Assembly (NCBI GenBank): GCA_963810275.1
Contig: CAWENF010000021.1
Coordinates: 192,001 to 256,000, forward strand
Direction of reading: 5' to 3'
DNA length: 64,000 bases
Source of the DNA: an uncultured archaeon
GTDB taxonomy: Archaea; Thermoproteota; Bathyarchaeia; Bathyarchaeales; Bathycorpusculaceae
Positions 56,729 through 64,000 of this stretch are shown one piece after another. The notes beneath the pieces are model-generated. The model searched no databases. It was not told the origin of the DNA and saw only the letters and a list, made by a program, of their open reading frames with translations. The stretch's first letter is position 1; every line of letters starts with the position of its first letter. A program made the position numbers and the translations under genes.

Positions 56729-57807
56729 TGCCTAAACTCTTCTTTTTACTATCAGGCGAGAACAAAACTCTGCCCAGCGCCGAAGTCAAAGCGATTCTTG
56801 AGGCAGAAAGCTACAGGTATTCTAATCCAAGCGAGTTTGATCAAATTCTACGCCTCGAAGCAGAGGATGCAGAGTGTGTAAAGGCTGTGCAGTTGCGCTC
56901 CGCTTACACGCGGGTCTGTGCACAAGAACTGTTTGTGGCAAACGCAACCTACGATGAAATTCTGGAAGCCGCCTCCAAATTAGACTTTTCGTCTGTGCTA
57001 AAAGAGGGCGAGTCCTTCGTAGTGCGCATAGACCGCATCAAAAACAACGCAGACGCAGAAATCAACACCATGACACTCGAAGTCAAGCTGGGCGGACAAA
57101 TCCTGCGGCAAACTCCCGGCGCCAAAGTAAACCTGAAAAACCCAGACAGAACTTTTCTTGGCGTGATCACAGACAATAAGCTCATTTTGGGCTTGAAACT
57201 GACCGAAATTACTTCAAAAACTTTCAGTGAACGCCGTCCACGCAAGAAACCCTTCTTTCACCCCTCGGCGATGCCGTCGAAGATGGCTCGTTGCATGGTG
57301 AACTTGGCGCATGCCAACGCTGAGTCAATTCTGCTGGACCCCTTCTGCGGCACAGGCACAAGCCTAATCGAAGCCACGTTTATTGGTTGCAGGGCGGTAG
57401 GTGTGGATGCGCAGCTGCGGATGGTTTTGGGCACAAAGAAGAATTTGGAGTTTTTCGGCATCAAAGCTGAAGGCTTAATCCATGGTGATTCACGGAAAAT
57501 TCCAATCATCAAAGTGGACACAATCGTCACCGACCCCCCATACGGGCGGAGCAGCAGTACCCTCAAATCCACAACCAAGCAGCTGGTTAAAGAGGTTTTA
57601 GCGGCTTCTTCAGCGCTTTTACGTGTAGGTCGTCGGATTTGCATCGCTATGCCAATTAGTCCCGACAGTGCAGGCAACGTGGCACGGATGGCTGAGGAAA
57701 TATCGGTTTTTGTCGAAGGGTTAGGTTTTGAGTGCCTCCAGAACCACAGAGTCTACATACATACCACGTTGACTAGAGAAATTGTGGTTTACAAAAAAAC
57801 TCGATAG
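56728..57807 (+). CDS. THUMP-domain tRNA (guanine-N2) methyltransferase (Trm11/Trm-G10 type)
   Basis: RRPRKKPFFHP, MARCMVNLA, LDPFCGTG, TDPPYGRS, HTTLTREI. Confidence 0.9.
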   Translation: MPKLFFLLSGENKTLPSAEVKAILEAESYRYSNPSEFDQILRLEAEDAECVKAVQLRSAYTRVCAQELFVANATYDEILEAASKLDFSSVLKEGESFVVRIDRIKNNADAEINTMTLEVKLGGQILRQTPGAKVNLKNPDRTFLGVITDNKLILGLKLTEITSKTFSERRPRKKPFFHPSAMPSKMARCMVNLAHANAESILLDPFCGTGTSLIEATFIGCRAVGVDAQLRMVLGTKKNLEFFGIKAEGLIHGDSRKIPIIKVDTIVTDPPYGRSSSTLKSTTKQLVKEVLAASSALLRVGRRICIAMPISPDSAGNVARMAEEISVFVEGLGFECLQNHRVYIHTTLTREIVVYKKTR

Positions 57808-57820
57808 CTTGGCGATTTCT

Positions 57821-57912
57821 GGGTTTGCCGAGGTCTCTAAAGATTTAAGGAGAAAAAGGGTCGTAACCATATAGTTAGGCAACGGTAATTACCCTGAGAC
57901 CTTTTCAGCCCC
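57821..57912 (-). ncRNA. Candidate structured sRNA, copy 4
   Basis: Minus strand GGGG-CUGA-AAA-GGUCUC...CCUUUUUCUCCUUAAAUCUUUA-GAGACC-UCGG-CAA-ACCC; inner helix covaries with copy 1. Confidence 0.65.
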
Positions 57913-57969
57913 AAATTACACCAATGCAAAACTAAAAAAGGGAAGGGAAATTTGTTTTGTTTTAGATTT

Positions 57970-60547
57970 TTATGGTCTTCTCAACAGCAAGATTGTAGCT
58001 GCAAAGCCTACGATGACGACTATGATTAAGCCGACTATTGCAGGTAAGAAGTACACATCTGCTACTGAGTCTACTGGTGTTGGATCTGGAGCCATTGTTG
58101 CGTGTGCTTCTTCAGCGACAAATGTTGTTGATGCAGATGAGCCATAGTATGCTGCGGTTCCTTCAAAGGTTACATACACTTGGTATGTGCCTGGAATGTC
58201 TGGAGTCCATGCTAAGCTATAGTGGCCTGTTGAATCGCTTGTTGTTGTTCCAATAGTTCGGTAGTTTCCGTTTGCATCGATTACTGCGACTGTCACTGGT
58301 ACACCGGTTGCGCTAGTTGGATATTCAAATTGTTTCCAAACGTAGAGCATCCAGTTGCTCATGCTTTCGTCAGAGACTGCGGGGACACCATTGGGGAAGC
58401 GTGCGGTTATTGCGTAGTCAGAGAGGCCTGGTGAAATGTCGTTGACACTGCCTTGTATGATCATTTGGCTGCCGTCAGAAATTGATGTTGTTGGTTGAAC
58501 GACTGTGGTTTGTGATGGGCCTTTGCCTATGCCGTAGACGCGTTGGTCATATGTATCCATGGTTGCAATGATGCTGTCGCCGATAACGCCGTTACCACCC
58601 CAACGAGTGTCACGGAACATACCGTTGACTCTCCAGATTTCTGTGCCGTCTGATGCGTTGATGCAGATTTGTGGTGCGCCTCTTGGTAGAGGTTGCTCAG
58701 CTGAGTGCTCTACAGTGCCGACATAGATTTTTTCGTCAGCAATTAGAGTAATCCAGCCCCACCAGTTCTGGCCTGTAACGGGTTCGTTGTATGGGTCGCT
58801 CATTGTGTATTCCCATGCGGTCTCACCTGTAGCTTGATCGTAGGCATAAACTATGCCGCCTAGACCAACTGAGTAGAGTTTGCCGTATGCGAAGTACCAT
58901 GTGTGCTCTGCGTTACCCCAACCATAAGCGTCGGAGTAGAATTCAGAGTCAGTTTGCCATAGATAGTTTCCAGTTTCAGTGCTGAAGCCGTAGTGTTGTC
59001 TTAGTTCTTTGTCCCAAACTGCAATGACGCCACCTTCGAGTTCGTTTGATGCGCCAGTGTAGTGGATTGTGTTTGAACCATCAAACCATTCTGCAGGTGC
59101 TTTCCATGTTTTGTCGAAGATCTTGCCTATTGTTTGTGTGTTTTCGTTTGTGTTAGTGAATTCAATTGTGTCGAGTGGAATTGCCCATGTGCGAACCATT
59201 GTTTGGTTGTACCATATACCGACGATTCTGTCGCCCTGGTAGATCTTAAAGGTAGGTACACCAAATGAGCTCATTAGCTGTAATCCTTCGGGTAGTGTGA
59301 CGTTCCATGAGTAGGCTCTTGATACTGATCCGTCAAGTACGCGTCCGTGTGCAGAGTTGCCCCAGCTACCATATCCTGAAGCTGCTGGGTTTTGTAGTTG
59401 TAGACCGCAGTCGGTTGAATTCCAAAGTGCCATCCAATCTGTTATCCAGGTTGTATACGTAGATGAGGATTTCGCCGCTTGGACCAAATGTTCTATAAGC
59501 GGTTTGAGCGCCTGGACCATAGCCGCTGGTAGGTACGTTTATGAATTGCATTTGTTGGTTGCCAGTGAATGGATCATATGCTGTATAGGTACTGCCTGAT
59601 ACTGACCAGATGTATGAGAATGTGCCGTCGTAGTTGTAGCTGTTGAAGTAAAGGATTTGACCGAATGAAAGTACTGTATTGTTCTTGTACACCCATTCCT
59701 CGCCAGTGTGCATGTCAACTGCGATGATTGCTGGTGCTTGCTCGCCTCTAGAGTCTGTTCTTTGGTAGTAGAGAATGCCGTTTAGTACGACTGAACCTGG
59801 GAATTTGCCTTCATATGCATCGCCTGTTTCTGCGCTAGCTGGAACACCGTCACCCCAGAGACCGCCCATCATACCGCCTGTGGTCATTTCATTTGCCCAT
59901 AGGACGTGAGCTGTTTCAGGAGCATCGTTGTTGTAGAGTGCTAACGAGTTGTCTGGTCTAGCTACCCAGTTGCCAGAAATAGAGAACCATTCTCTAAGTT
60001 GTGGATCAATTGGGCGACTCCAGTACTCGGAAGGTAGAGCGTGACCAGGATAATCCGGTAAAGGATCTTCCTGAACAACTATCTCTATTACTTCACTGTC
60101 AGCTGCAAGCATGACATCGCCTTCATTTATTCTGTTGCCGCTTTCAGCGTCATTCCAGCTGGAGGTAGCGTTTTGCTGTGGGAAGTGAGATTGTAGCAGG
60201 TATGTTCCTACTTGGTCTGGAACATAGCGGACAAATGAGACACCGGTTGAGTCTGTTCTGATTGGACCCAGCGTTTCTGTGTGGTTGTCTGGATGTGTGA
60301 CTGTAACGGTGACACCTTCCCAACCTAAGAGCACACTGCCCAAAGGTCGTAGGATACCGGCTCTGATTAGCACGTCTTGGCCGACACCCACAGGGTCTGG
60401 GATTGCGTCGATCACTGCATAGTTTTTGTATTCTCTTGCGCTAGCGTTTGGTATTGATTGCAATGCTGCGAATGTTCCTACTACTAAAGCTAATAGAAGT
60501 AGGATTGCAAAAGATTTGTGCTGTATTTTTTTATTAAGAATATTCAT
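57970..60547 (-). CDS. PQQ-like beta-propeller surface protein, paralogue 5 (one frameshift near 59440)
   Basis: PDPVGVGQ, LPSEYWSRPIDPQ, TVEHSAEQP, DTYDQRVYGIGKGPS, RFPNGVPAVSDESM, VADVYFLP-TM-RRP. Confidence 0.88.
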
Positions 60548-60873
60548 TTTTTCTTTCTTTCCTTTTTTCTCCTTTTATTAGGCAAGCGCAGTTATTAAAA
60601 CCGCTAATGCCTTAACCCGTATCATTCGTAACTTTTCCTTATAAGCCTTTAGTAAAATAAGGTAACCTCTTTACCATAATAAATTAGACGAAAATCGATT
60701 AATAAAATAAAAAAACCCCTAAAGTAACGAAAAACAGCCTAAATACGACCCAAAATCATGCATCAATAAACAAACCACAAAAAACCCCACAAACAAAAAC
60801 TAATAAGAATTAGCAGATAAAATACAAAGAATTAAATAAAAAAAAATAATAATTAACAAAAAAGTGCATAACA

Positions 60874-61794
60874 ATGAGCATACGTATTGCTTTCTTGGGA
60901 ACAAGCGGCAGCGTTCCAACCCTCAAACGCGGATTACCCTCGATTATAATACAGTCACTCCGAAGCCAGTGGATGTTTGACTGCGGCGAAGGCGTCCAGC
61001 GCCAAATGATGGGATCAAAAACTAGCTTCCACCGTAAAATGAAGATTTTCATCACCCACCTACACGGCGACCATGTACTTGGCCTGCCAGGACTTTTGCA
61101 GACCATGGCTTTGATGGAACGCAAAGAACCAGTCGAAGTCTATGGCCCCACAGGACTCATCACATTTATCCAATGCACCAAAAACACGCTAAACTTCGGC
61201 TTAAACTACCCTGTTAGCATCCACGAAATCGGCGGGGAAGGCGTAATCTGCGACGAGAAAGACTATCAGGTTTTGGCAGTGAATTCGAACCATGCGGTGG
61301 ACGGCTACTGCTTCGCTTTAGTAGAGAAGCCTCGGGCAGGCAGGTTTTACCCTAAAAAAGCCGCTGCATTGGGCGTCCCAGAAGGCGAATTATGGTCAAA
61401 ACTCCAAAACGGGCAAGAAGTCACCGCTCGAAATGGCAACACAATTAAACCCAGCGATGTCATGGGTCCACCTCGGATAGGCAGAAAAATCGTGTACACA
61501 GGGGATACAAAACCCTTCAAAGCCTTCGCAAAGTTTGCAGCAGATGCGGATTTGGTGATTCACGACTGCACTTTTGATGACTCTATGATTGAGCGCGCCA
61601 ACCGAGATGGACACTCAACACCCACTCAAGCAGCAGAGCAAACCAAGGCTGCAGATGCAAAAAAACTGGTGCTCTTCCACATAAGCGCCCGCTACCCTGA
61701 CGCCTCAGCATTATTGGAAACAGCAAAGAAGGTGTTTCCAAACACCGTTCTGGCAGAAGACTACCTGGAAATCGAGTTGCCCCTAAACAAGTAA
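60874..61794 (+). CDS. rnz: Ribonuclease Z
   Basis: FLGTSGSVP, DCGEG, THLHGDH, exosite GVPEGELWSKLQ, YTGDT, GHST, HISARY. Confidence 0.95.
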   Translation: MSIRIAFLGTSGSVPTLKRGLPSIIIQSLRSQWMFDCGEGVQRQMMGSKTSFHRKMKIFITHLHGDHVLGLPGLLQTMALMERKEPVEVYGPTGLITFIQCTKNTLNFGLNYPVSIHEIGGEGVICDEKDYQVLAVNSNHAVDGYCFALVEKPRAGRFYPKKAAALGVPEGELWSKLQNGQEVTARNGNTIKPSDVMGPPRIGRKIVYTGDTKPFKAFAKFAADADLVIHDCTFDDSMIERANRDGHSTPTQAAEQTKAADAKKLVLFHISARYPDASALLETAKKVFPNTVLAEDYLEIELPLNK

Positions 61795-62565
61795 CCGCTT
61801 AAGAGCAGCAATGGATTCGGGCACTTTACGCATTGACTCTATCACTACTGTTCGGTCGTACCCGATTTTTCTGAGAGACTCCACGAACCATGGGTAATCT
61901 ATGGTGCCGTCTTCGACACCGTTGTGCTCATCGTCAGCGCCGAAGTTGTTGCTGGCATGGATATGCACAATTTTGTCCGCCAACTGCTCAATAAACGGCT
62001 TAATTTGTCCTTCAAGATGTGCATGCCCCAAATCTAGTGTGATGCCTATGGGCAAATTTGTCTCTTTGTAAAGGCGCATATACTCGGCGGGGGTGCTCAT
62101 CAAAAACCAGTATTTATGAGGTAAATTCTCCAAAGCAAGGTTTAGGCCGTACTCTTCGCCAACCGCGTATAGTTCCTCGATACTGCGAAACATAGTTTTG
62201 TAGTCGGCGTCTGGGTAGAACTGGCCGATACCCGTGCGTTGGGCGGGATGGAACACCCACATTTTAGCATTTAAGTCGTTGGCGTTTGCCAGTGACTGCT
62301 TAAGTCGCTTCATCGACGCATTTAGCAAGGGTTTTGCAGGGGAACCGATGTTTATATCAGCAAATGGAGCGTGCACAGAGTATGTTAAGCCGAAAGATTT
62401 GGCGGTTTCTTTGAGCAAGGCGATGCGAGACTTGTTTAGGTCATGAGTGCCGTCGTCCAAAACTTCAATGTATTTTGTGTCCATATCGCTTAAGCGTTTG
62501 ACCATGCGGTTGAAGGGTTCGCCGAGACAGTAGAGCATTGAAACGCCGACTTTAGCTTTAGCCAT
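61783..62565 (-). CDS. Sugar phosphate isomerase/epimerase (xylose isomerase-like TIM barrel)
   Basis: SVHAPFADIN, ALEN, TLDLGHA, HIHAS, DEH, GTIDY. Confidence 0.85.
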   Translation of the reverse strand: MAKAKVGVSMLYCLGEPFNRMVKRLSDMDTKYIEVLDDGTHDLNKSRIALLKETAKSFGLTYSVHAPFADINIGSPAKPLLNASMKRLKQSLANANDLNAKMWVFHPAQRTGIGQFYPDADYKTMFRSIEELYAVGEEYGLNLALENLPHKYWFLMSTPAEYMRLYKETNLPIGITLDLGHAHLEGQIKPFIEQLADKIVHIHASNNFGADDEHNGVEDGTIDYPWFVESLRKIGYDRTVVIESMRKVPESIAALKRLLV

Positions 62566-62645
62566 ACAAGTTCCGCAGTCCTAAATGTTGTGTTGTGTAA
62601 AGTTTCCGTGCACACCTAAATAGGTTCCCAAAAGAACCCAGCATT

Positions 62646-63155
62646 TTAATAAAAAAGTCTCCTGCCCCAAGGATTGTGCGGCGCCTCGGATCGCATGGTT
62701 TTGCACTGCACATCTCGCAGTCCAAGTGCGAGTTGTGAGAATTCTTTAATGGCGCCGTTTTTAAATTCCCATGTTGGCTCGCCGTAACGTACGCCACTGC
62801 ACATGGTATCCACGTAAATGTAAAACGGTTGATCGCCTAAATGGTACTCTGCATGTTTGGCTTCGCCGTATTTGGGTTCAGCTAAAACTTTGAAGGACCA
62901 GATTTTGCAGGCGTCGGGTTTCATGTTTTGAAGGGCGCAGTTGCGATTGCTGTTGCACAAGAAAGCGCAGGCATCACCGTCGCTGTGGCGGCGTATGAAG
63001 AAGCGTCTGAATTCGGTTACGGTGGCTTGTTGCCCGTAGGTTTTGGTTAGGGCGAGGTATTCGGGATAATGTAGAACTACAGAGTAGAGTTTGCAGCAGT
63101 ACCGGCAACCTCTGCAGTGCCAGTCAGCAACGTTTCGCCAAGGAACAAACTCCAC
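62646..63155 (-). CDS. YkgJ family cysteine-cluster protein
   Basis: CRGCRYCC, CAFL...CALQ..KP..CKIW. Confidence 0.8.
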   Translation of the reverse strand: MEFVPWRNVADWHCRGCRYCCKLYSVVLHYPEYLALTKTYGQQATVTEFRRFFIRRHSDGDACAFLCNSNRNCALQNMKPDACKIWSFKVLAEPKYGEAKHAEYHLGDQPFYIYVDTMCSGVRYGEPTWEFKNGAIKEFSQLALGLRDVQCKTMRSEAPHNPWGRRLFY

Positions 63156-63275
63156 GCTAAACTACGCCCACAGAGAAGCATGTGTGGGTTAAATTTTTTT
63201 CTAAAAAGTGGACCCAAGCGGGGATACGTCTAATAAAGCTTCGTTGCATTCTATTTTAATGAGGATCAAGCGAAA

Positions 63276-63965
63276 TTGTCATCTGTTCCAACTCCAGAGC
63301 GAAACACACTCTATTTCATGTGGATCAACGACTATAGCGGCTTAATCGTAAAAACACCCACAAAAACCCTGCTCATCGATCCAATCGATGTCAAACCCAA
63401 AGACTACCCAGAAATCGATGCAATCCTAATTACACACGAACACTACGACCACTTCGACCCAACGCTTGTCGCTGGCATCCAAGCCGCCTCAGACTGCCCA
63501 GTCATCGCAGACGCCACATCAGCCAAAAAACTCCAGAACACCATCCCGCCAAACAAAATCCAGCAATCCCAACCTGGCTCAGAAATCAAAATCGGCTCCG
63601 TCACAATCAAAGCCCAAAAGAGCCAGCATCCAGCAGCAAAAACACCCATCACCTACATCATCACAAGCGAAGATAACCTAAAAATCTACCACACCAGCGA
63701 CAGCCATCCTTTTCCTGAATTGGCGCTCATGGCGCAGCGGGAACAGTTCGACGTCGTCTTTTGCACTGTGGGCATAGCACCAAACGCATCGCCGCAGACC
63801 GGCTTTGAAATCGCTTGGCTTACCAAGCCCCCGCTAGCCGTTCCCTACCACGGTTCAATCCAGAACCAAAAACGATTTGCCGAATTAATAAAACGCGACC
63901 TCAAAAAAACCCAATGCTTGATTCCAGAAAAAAATAAGATTTATCAAATTGCCAAAACAAAATGA
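63276..63965 (+). CDS. MBL-fold metallo-hydrolase
   Basis: LLIDP, ITHEHYDHFD, IYHTSDS, VPYH. Confidence 0.88.
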   Translation: MSSVPTPERNTLYFMWINDYSGLIVKTPTKTLLIDPIDVKPKDYPEIDAILITHEHYDHFDPTLVAGIQAASDCPVIADATSAKKLQNTIPPNKIQQSQPGSEIKIGSVTIKAQKSQHPAAKTPITYIITSEDNLKIYHTSDSHPFPELALMAQREQFDVVFCTVGIAPNASPQTGFEIAWLTKPPLAVPYHGSIQNQKRFAELIKRDLKKTQCLIPEKNKIYQIAKTK

Positions 63966-64000
63966 AGGTATAATTATGAAAGCAGAAAAAGTCACCTTGA

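Overview
Archaeal chromosomal window, most consistent with Bathyarchaeia (inference from gene content: expanded secreted PQQ-like beta-propeller surface proteins, archaeal winged-helix regulators, Trm-G10, archaeal MtaB, PolB2-type motif). The right part (about 40-64 kb) is mostly housekeeping: tRNA-Arg, lysine 2,3-aminomutase plus an EctA-like acetyltransferase, MtaB, cysS, lipoate ligase, prs, Trm-G10 and rnz. The left part is accessory and frameshift-rich. Three main results. (1) A 15.5-kb element is integrated in tRNA-Gln(CUG) (26-bp att repeats at 20588-20613 and 36071-36096), and its tyrosine integrase gene is split by the att site (SSV1-type). Its cargo is an array of membrane-anchored surface-protein genes and HEPN-like genes punctuated by about 13 copies of a bipartite motif (ACCTTTTCC-N7-GGGTRTACC), often adjacent to tandem GTCAAG-N4-CTTGAC palindromes. 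This looks like a gene-cassette system with no recognisable attC sites. (2) A family of about 95-nt structured non-coding elements, mostly just 3' of beta-propeller genes, has a covarying bulge-helix-bulge-like closing stem. Its loop is perfectly antisense (17-23 nt) to the ribosome-binding leader of another beta-propeller paralogue, suggesting a possibly circular sRNA system for cross-regulating surface-protein paralogues. (3) ablA is paired with an EctA-family rather than AblB-family acetyltransferase. Many frameshifts may be long-read consensus errors. All functional interpretations are inferences made without database searches.
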